Shown here piece after piece: positions 40,935 to 50,506 of a stretch of 64,000 bases of DNA. Below the pieces are notes generated by a model. That model did not search any database. It saw only the letters and a list, made by a program, of their open reading frames with translations, and had not been told where the DNA came from. The translations under genes and the position numbers were made by a program. This stretch comes from Cryomorphaceae bacterium. GTDB taxonomy: Bacteria > Pseudomonadota > Gammaproteobacteria > Pseudomonadales > Halieaceae. The DNA lies in the NCBI GenBank assembly GCA_047612385.1, contig JBLGAR010000007.1, positions 6,533-70,532 of the forward strand, written 5' to 3'. Each line of letters starts with the position of its first letter. Position 1 is the first letter of the stretch.

Positions 40935-43187
40935 CTATTCCTCAACCTCCATGCTATCTACCTTCTGAAACCCTCTCGGCAGCTTGTTGCCGCGTCTGCC
41001 GCGCTCACCGCGATAGTGTTCGAGGTCCGAGAATTTCAGTTTGTGATGCCGTTTACCCGCCTTCACAATCAACGTGTCGCTTTGGGTAACAACTTGCACG
41101 GCCACCATAAACTCCTCACGGCTTTGAACCCGGGCGGTTGGAATGCCTATAATTTTATTGCCTTTTCCCCGGGCCATCTGCGGTAAATCGGCCAGAGGAA
41201 ATATCAGCATGCGCCCCTCATTGGAAACTGCAGCAACCCAGGCATCTTCAACAGTGGCTATTGGGGCCGGTTGCATTACTTCGCCTCCCTTGGGAAGGGA
41301 GAGGGCAGTTTTACCAGCGCGATTTTTGGTTTTTAAATCTCCGAGCTTGGCGACAAAACCATAGCCGGCATCGCTGGCCAACAAGTACAGGTCTTCGTCC
41401 GAACCCATCATCAAACCTTCGAAGCTTGCTCCGGAGGGTGGATTGATGCGTCCCGTGGCCGGCTCTCCCTGGCCTCTTGCGGAGGGTAAATTATGCGAGC
41501 TAAGTGTGTAGGCGCGGCCTGTTGAATCCAAAATTATTGTCGGCTGATTACTGCGGCCACACACCGACATTTTAAAATTGTCCCCGGACTTATAGCTCAG
41601 CGCTAATGGATCAACATCGTGCCCTTTGCCCGCACGAATCCAACCTTTCTCAGACAGAACGACGGTGATAGGATCAGCTGAAACCAGTTCTAACTCACTA
41701 AATGCTTTGGCCTCGTCGCGCAGAACAAGAGGCGACCGCCTGTCGTCGCCATACTCCTTAGAGACAGCGATCAGCTCATTCTTAATCAAGGTTTTCAGTC
41801 TAGCCGCACTCCCGAGGATTTTATTAAGCTCATCTCGCTCTATAGCAAGATCGTCTTGCTCACCCCGAATCTTCATCTCTTCGAGCTTGGCAAGATTCCG
41901 TAACTTCAGTTCCAGGATAGCCTCAGCCTGCGCATCGGTGATATCAAAGCGCTCCATCAAAGCCGGCTTTGGCTTATCCTCCGTGCGAATAATGTGAATG
42001 ACTTCATCGATATTTAAAAACGCAATGAGATACGCTTCCAACACATGAAGACGCTTTAAAACCCTCTCTAGGCGATACTCGAGCCTACGACGTACTGTAC
42101 CCGTTCTAAAACTCAGCCACTCTTTCAGAATGCGATCGAGCCCTTTAACACCCGGTCGGCCGTCTATTCCTATTACGTTTAGATTGACGCGATAACTGCG
42201 CTCTAAATCTGTACTGGCGAACAGATGACTCATCATGGCTTCGAGGTCAACCCGGTTGGATCTTGGAATAATAACTAACCGAGTCGGATTCTCATGGTCT
42301 GACTCGTCGCGCAAATCCGCCACCATCGGTAGTTTTTTGGCCTGCATTTGATGGGCAATCTGCTCGAGCACTTTAGAGCCTGACACCTGATGCGGCAGCG
42401 CGTTAATCACTACATCGCCACCCTCTTTTTCCCAAACAGCACGCATTCTCAACCCGCCACGACCACTTTCATAAATAGCGAGGATATCCTCTACAGGCGT
42501 TATGACTTCGGCAGACGTGGGAAAGTCAGGGCCTTTCACAAACTCGCATAATTCTCGGACCGTGGCCTTGGGGTTTTCAAGCAGGTGAATAGTCGCTGCA
42601 ACCACTTCACGCAAATTGTGTGGCGGCACATCCGTCGCCATGCCGACGGCAATACCGGTGGTGCCATTCAACAGAATATTGGGTACCTGAGCGGGCAGGA
42701 CTGTAGGCTCATCCATTGTGCCGTCAAAGTTAGGGCTCCAATCGACCGTGCCCTGCCCGAGCTCGGCCAGTAGTACTTCTGCGTAGGGGGTTAACCTCGA
42801 CTCGGTATAGCGCATTGCGGCGAATGATTTTGGGTCGTCAGGAGAACCCCAGTTTCCTTGGCCGTCGACCAGTGGGTAGCGATAGCTGAAGTTTTGGGCC
42901 ATCAATACCATGGCTTCATAGGCGGCACTGTCACCATGAGGGTGAAACTTGCCGATAACATCGCCAACGGTGCGCGCCGACTTCTTAAACTTGGCGGTTG
43001 CTTTGAGCCCCAATTCGCTCATCGCATAGATGATTCGTCGCTGCACGGGTTTAAGGCCATCGCCAACATGGGGAAGCGCACGATCCAAAATGACGTACAT
43101 GGAATAATCGAGATAGGCCTTTTCGGCGTACTGCTTCATCGACACCTGCTCGATGCCGTCTTGATCGATTTCTACAATATCAGACAT
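40935..43187 (-). CDS. parC: DNA topoisomerase IV subunit A
   Basis: 750 aa with [31 protein letters not shown] and the active-site AAMRYTE. It is shorter than GyrA and lies in serB-parC synteny as in Pseudomonas. Confidence 0.95.
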   Translation of the reverse strand: MSDIVEIDQDGIEQVSMKQYAEKAYLDYSMYVILDRALPHVGDGLKPVQRRIIYAMSELGLKATAKFKKSARTVGDVIGKFHPHGDSAAYEAMVLMAQNFSYRYPLVDGQGNWGSPDDPKSFAAMRYTESRLTPYAEVLLAELGQGTVDWSPNFDGTMDEPTVLPAQVPNILLNGTTGIAVGMATDVPPHNLREVVAATIHLLENPKATVRELCEFVKGPDFPTSAEVITPVEDILAIYESGRGGLRMRAVWEKEGGDVVINALPHQVSGSKVLEQIAHQMQAKKLPMVADLRDESDHENPTRLVIIPRSNRVDLEAMMSHLFASTDLERSYRVNLNVIGIDGRPGVKGLDRILKEWLSFRTGTVRRRLEYRLERVLKRLHVLEAYLIAFLNIDEVIHIIRTEDKPKPALMERFDITDAQAEAILELKLRNLAKLEEMKIRGEQDDLAIERDELNKILGSAARLKTLIKNELIAVSKEYGDDRRSPLVLRDEAKAFSELELVSADPITVVLSEKGWIRAGKGHDVDPLALSYKSGDNFKMSVCGRSNQPTIILDSTGRAYTLSSHNLPSARGQGEPATGRINPPSGASFEGLMMGSDEDLYLLASDAGYGFVAKLGDLKTKNRAGKTALSLPKGGEVMQPAPIATVEDAWVAAVSNEGRMLIFPLADLPQMARGKGNKIIGIPTARVQSREEFMVAVQVVTQSDTLIVKAGKRHHKLKFSDLEHYRGERGRRGNKLPRGFQKVDSMEVEE

Positions 43188-43285
43188 TACATTACTGGTC
43201 CGTGTGGGAATATTACGATTGAAAAAGCCCCGCTATCGGAGCAGATATACGCCTTATCAATTTTTGAATGCTAAACCTGACGACC

Positions 43286-44092
43286 CTATCTGAGGTTACT
43301 GCTCATGCCTACCAACTGCTCATTGAGATTGACGATAGAGTTCGCCATATCAGTTAGCAAGCTGTGAATTGTCGCCGGATTATTACGAATCAAATCTTGG
43401 AATTGCTCGCGCGGAACCTTCACTACGGAGCACTTGGTCTGCGCTCTAACCGTGGCACTGCGATCTGCATGAGTGAGCGCTGCCATGGCGCCAAAAATTT
43501 CGCCCTCTGCAATTCGTCCTACGCTCACACCATCAACAGAGACTTCTGCCACTCCGCTGGAAAGGTTGAATACATAATCGGCACGATCGCCCTCACGAAT
43601 AATAGTTTCACCCGGCTCGTAGATTTCAAACCCTGGTGTGGGCGGATTGTCTTCATCAATATTTGAGGCCGATATCCGCAGCATTAGACCAGAGTAGGTA
43701 ATCAACAGGCGCGTCCATATCTTAACCGCCTCGGGTTCGTCAAAAACCCGGCGCATAAACTCCAAAGCCGGGTAGCTTCTCAGCGAAGCGCCCGTATCAC
43801 TGCCAAAGTAAACCGTGGATTCATGATCAGAAGTACCGGTGATGTCAGGCAACAGGATCTCGCCCTGTTCCAGAATATAAACGGTTCGATTGTGGTATCG
43901 AGCCGACAACGACCCTGCTTCGACAACGTATAAAGTACCGCCATCAAACCCCATAAAATTCCCCGTGATTGTGGTTGCCACATCAACGGTGACGGGGGGG
44001 ATTCTCACAATATCCAGCAGTGCTTCTACCAGATTTCTGTACTGCTTGCTGAGGAAGGTAAAATCATCCGCGAGCTCGACATTCGCTAGCAT
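43286..44092 (-). CDS. cyclic nucleotide-binding domain protein
   Basis: 268 aa. The C-terminal CAP/PKA-type cNMP domain (FEIYEPGETIIREGD...) has a phosphate-binding cassette GEIFGAMAALTHADRSATVRA. No DNA-binding helix-turn-helix follows. Confidence 0.75.
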   Translation of the reverse strand: MLANVELADDFTFLSKQYRNLVEALLDIVRIPPVTVDVATTITGNFMGFDGGTLYVVEAGSLSARYHNRTVYILEQGEILLPDITGTSDHESTVYFGSDTGASLRSYPALEFMRRVFDEPEAVKIWTRLLITYSGLMLRISASNIDEDNPPTPGFEIYEPGETIIREGDRADYVFNLSSGVAEVSVDGVSVGRIAEGEIFGAMAALTHADRSATVRAQTKCSVVKVPREQFQDLIRNNPATIHSLLTDMANSIVNLNEQLVGMSSNLR

Positions 44093-44363
44093 CGACAGTT
44101 CCCTATACAGTATTGCCCTAAAAGACGGAGCCGCAATAAAAGACGAGCCACGCGGCGCTGCATCGATGCCAATGTATCGATCGCCAAAACATAAGTGCCG
44201 TTACAAACCATCCAATATCTACCCTGCGGATCTTTGTCTTACATAGTAACAACTTATTCTCTGCGGGAGAACAATAACCCCCGCGGTTAAACCACGCCAG
44301 ACTACCACTTGAGGTCGCTTGCGCGTACTATCTCGCGACCCGAAACCAAACAAAGTTACAAAA

Positions 44364-44846
44364 ATGAAAATCACCAAAGATAGCGTCGCCAGCTTCCACT
44401 ACACGCTCACCGACGAGGCAGGCATTGAGCTGGAGACCTCTCGCGACTCCCAGCCGACGGTCTATCTCCATGGTCACAAAGGCATTCTTCCCGCTCTGGA
44501 AGCACATCTGGCAGATAAAGCCTCAGGCGATGTTATACAGGCTATTCTTGGGCCAGAGGAGGCTTATGGGGCAAAACAGGAAGAAAGTATTACACGGGTC
44601 CCTGTTAAGCATCTTATCTACAATGGCAAGCTTCGCCCGGGTATGGCGGTTCACCTGAATACCAGCAAAGGCCGCCAACCCGTTACTATCGCCAAAGTAG
44701 GTCGCCACAGTGCAGATATCGATACAAATCACCCCCTGGCAGGGAAGACCCTGCAGTTTGACATTGAAATTGTCGAAGTAAGGGCGGCCACTGTCGATGA
44801 ATTGAGCCATGGACATGCCCATGGGCCCGGCGGACATCAGCACTAG
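44364..44846 (+). CDS. slyD: FKBP-type peptidyl-prolyl cis-trans isomerase SlyD
   Basis: 160 aa: MKITKDSVASFHYTL.DE.G...E.S....P..YLHG, with an IF-domain insertion, NHPLAGKTL.F.I.I..V, and a short His/Gly tail (HGHAHGPGGHQH). ATG 44364 is preferred to the track start at 44319. Confidence 0.88.
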   Translation: MKITKDSVASFHYTLTDEAGIELETSRDSQPTVYLHGHKGILPALEAHLADKASGDVIQAILGPEEAYGAKQEESITRVPVKHLIYNGKLRPGMAVHLNTSKGRQPVTIAKVGRHSADIDTNHPLAGKTLQFDIEIVEVRAATVDELSHGHAHGPGGHQH

Positions 44847-44848
44847 GC

Positions 44849-45319
44849 ATGGAGTTCAACTGGGAAATTTCAGCATTTGATGCCCTGAGCAACAACAGCC
44901 TCTATCAAGCGATGCGCCTGCGGCAGGAAATATTTGTGGTTGAGCAAAACTGCATCTACCCCGACCTGGACGGCCTGGACCAAAATTCTACGCACATGCT
45001 TTGCTGGAAGGGGGAGGACCTACTGGCCTACCAACGCTGCCTGCCACCGGGGCTGAGTTATCCCGAAAGCTCGCTGGGAAGAATCGTGGTTGCGCCATCC
45101 GGTCGCGGCCATAAGCTGGGAAGAGAACTGGTGCAGCGAGGCATAGACCTCAATATCAAACAATGGCCCAACAGCGACATTAAAATCGGTGCACAGGCGT
45201 ATCTAACGTTGTTTTACGAAGGGCTGGGATTCGTCGCGCTGGGTGAGGCGTACATTGAAGACGGAATTGCGCATGTCCACATGCTGCGCAAAACAGTCAC
45301 ATCTCAAGAAGAAACGTAA
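44849..45319 (+). CDS. GNAT family N-acetyltransferase, ElaA-like
   Basis: 156 aa. LYQAMRLRQEIFVVEQNCIYPDLDG.D and the acetyl-CoA motif R.GRGHKLGRELV are typical of ElaA-type GNATs. Confidence 0.8.
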   Translation: MEFNWEISAFDALSNNSLYQAMRLRQEIFVVEQNCIYPDLDGLDQNSTHMLCWKGEDLLAYQRCLPPGLSYPESSLGRIVVAPSGRGHKLGRELVQRGIDLNIKQWPNSDIKIGAQAYLTLFYEGLGFVALGEAYIEDGIAHVHMLRKTVTSQEET

Positions 45320-45734
45320 CCGGGCCATCGTTAGTCAAACTGACGCTCATGCCGGCACCGAATTCTCCTGCAGCAACATCTCCATGGCGTGACCGCAACT
45401 CGCGCAGCATGTAATCGTAGAGTATCAGCGCATCGGCAGGCGCAAGTGCGCCAGAAAAACTGGGGCGCAAGCCCTTTTGCGTGTCGGCGGACAAGGTAAA
45501 TTGCGAAACCAGCAGAACCCCGCCCTCGACCTCTACCACACTGCGGTTCATCCTCGCTTCATCATCGGCAAATATTCGGTAGGCGAGCAGCTTGTCCAGC
45601 ATTTTGTCGGCCAGGACACGATCATCGCCCTTCTCGAAACCGACAAAGACAAGCAGACCCTTCTCAATTCGCCCCACACATTCGAAATCGACCTCAACAG
45701 CGGCCTGGGTTACACGTTGCAAGAGGGCCTTCAC
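45297..45734 (-). CDS. dtd: D-aminoacyl-tRNA deacylase
   Basis: 145 aa: MKALLQRV..A.V.V......I.KGLLVFVG, SQFTL.ADT.KG.RPSF, NDGPVT. Confidence 0.93.
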   Translation of the reverse strand: MKALLQRVTQAAVEVDFECVGRIEKGLLVFVGFEKGDDRVLADKMLDKLLAYRIFADDEARMNRSVVEVEGGVLLVSQFTLSADTQKGLRPSFSGALAPADALILYDYMLRELRSRHGDVAAGEFGAGMSVSLTNDGPVTFLLEM

Positions 45735-45792
45735 AGACCAAAGCTAACTTTGAACACCACAGATGAAGTCAAAAATGAAAGATCTGAGCGCT

Positions 45793-47604
45793 CTAAACTC
45801 GTCCAGCTCGGCGACGTTCATGCTCCTGCAGAAGCTTCTTGCGCAGACGAATACTGGTGGGAGTCACTTCAACGAGCTCGTCGTCTTCAATGAATTCCAA
45901 AGCCTGCTCCAGCGTGTGCCGAATAGGTGGAGTCATCACCAGGTTTTCATCGGTACCGGCGGCCCGAATGTTGGTCAACTGCTTGGCCTTTGTCGGATTC
46001 ACGGTCAAGTCATTATTGCGACTGTGCAGCCCGATAATTTGGCCTTCATAGACATCAACATTGGGATCAATGATCAGACGTCCACGATCCTGCAGAGTAA
46101 ACAGCGAGTATGCCAGGGTCTTGCCCTTCATAATTGAAACCAACACTCCGTTCATGCGATGCACTATTTCGGCATGCTTAACCGGGCCATAGTGATCAAA
46201 TACGTGGGTCAGAATACCGCCGCCAGAGGTTAGCGTAAGGAACAGCGAACGGAAACCGATGAGCCCACGAGCGGGTATAATGAACTCAAGTCGCACACGG
46301 CCTTTGCCATCGGGAACCATATTTTTCAGCTCCGCTCGGCGCATGCCCAGCTCTTCCATCACCGAGCCCTGATGCTGATCTTCGCAGTCAATAACCAGCT
46401 GCTCGTAGGGCTCTTGCAAAACTCCATCGATTTCTTTCTGAATCACTTCCGGGCGCGACACGCCCAGTTCAAAACCCTCTCGGCGCATGCTTTCGATCAA
46501 CACAGAAAGGTGCAATTCTCCGCGACCGGAAACAACAAACTTATCTGGCGTATCGCCCTGCTCTACTCGCAGCGCAACGTTGTGTATCAGCTCTCTATCA
46601 AGACGCTCTCTGATGTTGCGGGATGTGACGTATTTGCCTTCTTTACCGGCAAAAGGCGAATCGTTCACCTGAAAGGTCATGCTCACGGTCGGTTCATCTA
46701 CGGACAGCGCCGGCAGCGCTTCTATATGAGCCGGGTCGCATATAGTATCCGAGATATTCAGACCATCGATACCAGTGACGCAAACAATATCACCGGCCTC
46801 AGCGGATTCAACATCAATACGCTCCAAACCAAGATAACCCATAACCTTCAAAATACGGCCATTGCGGGTCGAGCCCTCACCATCGACAACCGTAACCTGT
46901 GTACTGGGAGTTAGCACGCCACGGGTGATGCGGCCTACGCCGATGACGCCCAGGTAGCTACTGTAATCCAGGGCACTGATCTGCATTTGCAACGGGCCGT
47001 CAGAATTAACCTTGGGCGCCGGCACTTTTTCGATCACCGTTTCAAACAGTGGCGTCATATCGGTGGCCATATCTTCATGATCCAGGCCCGATATACCCAG
47101 GATAGCCGATGCAAAAATAATCGGGAAGTCCAGCTGTTCATCGGTAGCACCTAAGCGATCGAACAGGTCGAACATCTGGTCTACAACCCAATCAGGGCGC
47201 GCACCTGGACGGTCGATTTTGTTGACCACAACAATAGGGTTTAGCCCCTGCTCGAAGGCTTTCGAGGTCACGAAACGAGTTTGTGGCATGGGGCCGTCAA
47301 CGGCATCTACCAGCAGCAGTACCGAATCGACCATAGACAGCACACGCTCTACTTCGCCTCCAAAATCGGCGTGTCCGGGTGTATCCACAATATTGATGCG
47401 ATAGTCTTTCCACTGCAGCGCGGTATTCTTCGCCAGTATGGTAATTCCACGTTCGCGCTCCTGATCATTGGAATCCATGATCCGCTCAGCACCTTCGGCT
47501 CGGCGGTCAAGGGTGCCAGATTGCTGCAGCAGGCAATCAACCAGGGTGGTCTTGCCGTGGTCAACGTGGGCGATAATGGCGATATTTCGAAGCTTGTCGA
47601 TCAA
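45793..47604 (-). CDS. typA: translational GTPase TypA/BipA
   Basis: 603 aa: (M)[40 protein letters not shown]. It uses a TTG start at 47604, preceded by a GAGG Shine-Dalgarno 7 nt upstream. Confidence 0.95.
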   Translation of the reverse strand: MIDKLRNIAIIAHVDHGKTTLVDCLLQQSGTLDRRAEGAERIMDSNDQERERGITILAKNTALQWKDYRINIVDTPGHADFGGEVERVLSMVDSVLLLVDAVDGPMPQTRFVTSKAFEQGLNPIVVVNKIDRPGARPDWVVDQMFDLFDRLGATDEQLDFPIIFASAILGISGLDHEDMATDMTPLFETVIEKVPAPKVNSDGPLQMQISALDYSSYLGVIGVGRITRGVLTPSTQVTVVDGEGSTRNGRILKVMGYLGLERIDVESAEAGDIVCVTGIDGLNISDTICDPAHIEALPALSVDEPTVSMTFQVNDSPFAGKEGKYVTSRNIRERLDRELIHNVALRVEQGDTPDKFVVSGRGELHLSVLIESMRREGFELGVSRPEVIQKEIDGVLQEPYEQLVIDCEDQHQGSVMEELGMRRAELKNMVPDGKGRVRLEFIIPARGLIGFRSLFLTLTSGGGILTHVFDHYGPVKHAEIVHRMNGVLVSIMKGKTLAYSLFTLQDRGRLIIDPNVDVYEGQIIGLHSRNNDLTVNPTKAKQLTNIRAAGTDENLVMTPPIRHTLEQALEFIEDDELVEVTPTSIRLRKKLLQEHERRRAGRV

Positions 47605-47936
47605 GGGATTACCTCAAAGGGAATAGTCGTACAAAAAAGGGCGAGGATTGTACCCTGAATACCGGGCCATGGGCAGCAGTACTGAGAACTATCCTGCGGT
47701 CTCAGGACGCGCAGACTTTAATGTCCAGATCAGACCCTTCATTGAAATGCCCAGCGCGCAGACTCTCCCTCAGCCAGCACACTAACTGATGCCCAGCAGC
47801 GTTACTTTTGAGCGCTATTTCTGAGAAGTACTTGACAACGAATTTCATAAAGTCCATAACGTTTGCGGCTGTTAGGCCACGTGTTGTATGGACTTTGACT
47901 GAACTTTAGCAAACTGGATGTGACAGCCTGCGGGCA

Positions 47937-47974
47937 CGCACCAATAAGAAGCACTACTGAACTATATTGGTGCA
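47937..47974. promoter_or_regulatory. two adjacent NtrC-type enhancer half-degenerate dyads upstream of glnA
   Basis: The two sites are cGCACCaataagaaGCa (47937-47953) and TGaACtatattGGTGCA (47958-47974), compared with the consensus TGCACC-N5-GGTGCA. Each has one perfect half-site. Their centres are 21 bp apart and lie about 80-110 bp upstream of the sigma54 -24 element. Confidence 0.5.
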
Positions 47975-48045
47975 TAAATATTTTATGCTACATGGTTAAA
48001 AGCATAAACCCTATAGTATTCATGCGGTTACACTTTGCACTTTTT

Positions 48046-48061
48046 TGGCACATCTTTTGCA
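48046..48061 (+). promoter_or_regulatory. sigma54 (RpoN) promoter of glnA
   Basis: TGGCACatcttTTGCA matches the -24/-12 consensus TGGCAC-N5-TTGCA exactly. It lies about 130 nt upstream of the glnA ATG. Confidence 0.75.
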
Positions 48062-48188
48062 ATTGGAGTATGTGACAGACTTTCTGGTGCCTTAAGTGCC
48101 TCAATCTTAACGGTTGAGCTCTTTATGCCCGTTTACAGACCCGGTGCAGGCCTTGGCCGCCCCAAAACGATCCCTTGGAGGACTTAGA

Positions 48189-49595
48189 ATGTCAGAGCAG
48201 ACTCTGAAGTTAATAGAAGAAAGTGAAGCGCGCTGGGTAGACCTGCGATTTACCGATACCCGTGGCAAGGAACAGCACGTTTCGGTGCCGTCCAAAGAAA
48301 TATCTGAAGACTTCTTCGAAGGCGGCAAGATGTTTGACGGTTCATCAATTTCGGGCTGGAAAGGCATCAACGAGTCAGACATGATACTGATGCCGGATGA
48401 CAGCACCTCTGTTTTAGACCCTTTTACCGACGAGACCACCATAATCCTGCGCTGTGACGTTGTTGAGCCAATGACCATGCAAGGTTATGAGCGCGACCCT
48501 CGCTCTGTCGCCAAACGTGCAGAAGAGTACTTGAAGTCTACCGGTCTTGGCGATATCGCATTCTTTGGTCCCGAGCCAGAGTTCTTTGTATTTGACGATG
48601 TGAAATGGCACTCTGAAATGAGTGGCGCTGGCTACAGCATTAACTCAGAAGAAGCGGCCTGGGCGTCAAACCAATCTTTCGACGATGGCAACATCGGCCA
48701 CAGGCCTGGCGTTAAAGGGGGCTACTTCCCCGTACCGCCAGTCGATTCTCTGCACGATATCCGCGCGGCAATGTGCGGAGCCATGGAGCAAATGGGCCTG
48801 GATATCGAAGTACACCACCACGAAGTTGGCACCGCCGGACAGTGCGAGATTGGCGTTAGATTCAACACGCTGGTCAAGAAAGCCGACGAAGTTCAAATCC
48901 TGAAATACTGCGTACATAACGTAGCACATGCTTACGGCAAGACGTCTACTTTCATGCCCAAGCCCCTAGTCGGTGATAACGGCAGCGGTATGCACGTGCA
49001 CATGTCTATCGCTAAAGATGGCGAAAACACCTTTGCGGGCGACGGTTATGCCGGTCTGTCTGAAACTGCGCTGTTCTACATAGGCGGCGTTATCAAGCAC
49101 GCTCGTTCGTTGAACGCGTTTACCAATGCATCGACCAACTCTTACAAGCGTCTGGTTCCAGGCTTTGAAGCACCGGTAATGCTGGCCTACTCGGCCCGCA
49201 ACCGATCTGCTTCTATCCGCATTCCTTATGAGCCAAATCCCAAAGGCAAACGTATTGAAGTTCGTTTCCCGGATCCCACTGCAAACCCTTACCTGGCATT
49301 TGCTGCCCTACTAATGGCTGGCCTCGACGGCATTCAAAACAAAATCCACCCTGGTGACCCTGCCGATAAGGATTTGTATGACCTGCCTCCTGAAGAAGGT
49401 AAGTTGATCCCCACTGTATCTTCCAGCCTTGAGATGTCGCTGGCGGCACTGGATGCAGACCGCAGCTTCCTAACGTCAGGTTCCGTGTTCACCGATGATA
49501 TGATCGATGGATATATTGCGCTTAAGAGCCAGGAAATAGAAAGACTGAACATGACGACTCACCCGGTTGAATTCGACATGTACTACTCTCTGTAA
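48189..49595 (+). CDS. glnA: glutamine synthetase type I
   Basis: 468 aa from [29 protein letters not shown]. Motifs include [20 protein letters not shown], and the adenylylation-loop Tyr context (NLYDLPPEE-like: [10 protein letters not shown]). ATG 48189 is preferred to the track start at 48114. Confidence 0.95.
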   Translation: MSEQTLKLIEESEARWVDLRFTDTRGKEQHVSVPSKEISEDFFEGGKMFDGSSISGWKGINESDMILMPDDSTSVLDPFTDETTIILRCDVVEPMTMQGYERDPRSVAKRAEEYLKSTGLGDIAFFGPEPEFFVFDDVKWHSEMSGAGYSINSEEAAWASNQSFDDGNIGHRPGVKGGYFPVPPVDSLHDIRAAMCGAMEQMGLDIEVHHHEVGTAGQCEIGVRFNTLVKKADEVQILKYCVHNVAHAYGKTSTFMPKPLVGDNGSGMHVHMSIAKDGENTFAGDGYAGLSETALFYIGGVIKHARSLNAFTNASTNSYKRLVPGFEAPVMLAYSARNRSASIRIPYEPNPKGKRIEVRFPDPTANPYLAFAALLMAGLDGIQNKIHPGDPADKDLYDLPPEEGKLIPTVSSSLEMSLAALDADRSFLTSGSVFTDDMIDGYIALKSQEIERLNMTTHPVEFDMYYSL

Positions 49596-49617
49596 TCGTT
49601 CAATAAGCACTTCGATT

Positions 49618-49642
49618 AAGGTCCGCTCTGCGGGCCTTTTTT
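49618..49642 (+). terminator. rho-independent terminator of glnA
   Basis: aaGGTCCGctctgCGGGCCtttttt has a 6-bp stem (one G-U pair) followed by a T6 run. It starts 23 nt after the TAA stop. Confidence 0.7.
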
Positions 49643-49747
49643 ATGCTCGTTGCTGTTTCAGCTTTTCACCTTAAAAAACAGAGGCTAGAGCATCCCACCT
49701 GGTTTTTTGCTAATCTACAAGCAACCAAAAATAAGATGGATTGACTC

Positions 49748-50263
49748 ATGACACGAATTTTATGCATTGCGCTGCTTATCTTGCCCGCATTGGTGTCAGC
49801 ACAGATTTACAAAACAACTGACAAAAACGGTAACGTCGTGTACACAGACCAGCCCTCCAAAAGCGGTACCGCGCACGAAACTATAGAATTAAAGGAGACC
49901 AACACTGCCCCTCCACCCCCCGAAGTGGTGAGGCCAGCCCCTATAGCCGATACCGAATCCGAGGAAAAAAACTACGCAGTCGAAATAAGCTCCCCAACTC
50001 ACGAGGCAACTATTCCCAACGGACCGGGAAATTTCCCTCTGGTCATATCGCTAGAGCCCGCACTTTCAGAGGGCGAAAGCCTGCAACTGTATCTGGACGG
50101 GGTTGCCCGAGGAGAGCCACAACACTCACTTGTATGGCAGCTTACCAATGTATTTCGCGGAGCACATGACCTAACGGTCAGCGTACTCAATGCTGATAAC
50201 TCTCCTATCGCCACCTCAACTCCGGTTCGTGTTTACGTGTTTCGACCCTCTATAAATAACTAA
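49748..50263 (+). CDS. DUF4124 domain-containing secreted protein
   Basis: 171 aa with signal peptide MTRILCIALLILPALVSA followed by QIYKTTDKNGNVVYTDQP, the DUF4124 hallmark. A Pro-rich linker follows. Confidence 0.75.
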   Translation: MTRILCIALLILPALVSAQIYKTTDKNGNVVYTDQPSKSGTAHETIELKETNTAPPPPEVVRPAPIADTESEEKNYAVEISSPTHEATIPNGPGNFPLVISLEPALSEGESLQLYLDGVARGEPQHSLVWQLTNVFRGAHDLTVSVLNADNSPIATSTPVRVYVFRPSINN

Positions 50264-50302
50264 GCCAAACGCGTGCACCACTAGACACTTGCAGCTAGAA
50301 AG

Positions 50303-50319
50303 CGCACCATAATGGTGCA
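50303..50319. promoter_or_regulatory. NtrC-type binding dyad upstream of ntrB
   Basis: cGCACCAtaaTGGTGCA matches 16 of 17 positions of TGCACCAnnnTGGTGCA. It is flanked by a further 9-bp inverted repeat, CACCACTAG (50277-50285) and CTAGTGGTG (50321-50329). Confidence 0.6.
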
Positions 50320-50446
50320 TCTAGTGGTGGTCTAACTTACCCTTTCGGCGTCATCCCGGCACAGCCACATTAAATGTAAGTACTTACATACACTTACGGC
50401 CCCTGAACAAAAGAAAGCCTTTCTTTCTGTGATGAATCACAACAAT

Positions 50447-50462
50447 TGGCTTCAAAATTGCA
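50447..50462 (+). promoter_or_regulatory. sigma54-like promoter upstream of ntrB
   Basis: TGGCTTcaaaaTTGCA has the invariant GG and GC at the correct 12-nt register. It lies 45 nt upstream of the ntrB ATG and about 135 bp downstream of the NtrC dyad. Confidence 0.55.
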
Positions 50463-50506
50463 GACGAGAGACGTAGGCCCCGAACAGTGGGCAACGATAG
50501 GGCAAT

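Noticed and set aside
40911-40936. 13-bp tandem duplication atcactccgggct/atcgctccgggct at the convergent junction of the Smp-like gene and parC
   Set aside because: There are only two copies. It overlaps the parC stop codon and forms no hairpin, so it is most simply a small slippage duplication without evident function.
47832-47860. Possible sigma70 promoter (TTGACA, 17-nt spacer, CATAAC) far upstream of glnA
   Set aside because: The spacing and -35 are good but the -10 is weak, and it lies about 330 nt from glnA. It could be a glnAp1-like promoter, but the evidence is pattern-only and marginal, so I did not list it as a feature.
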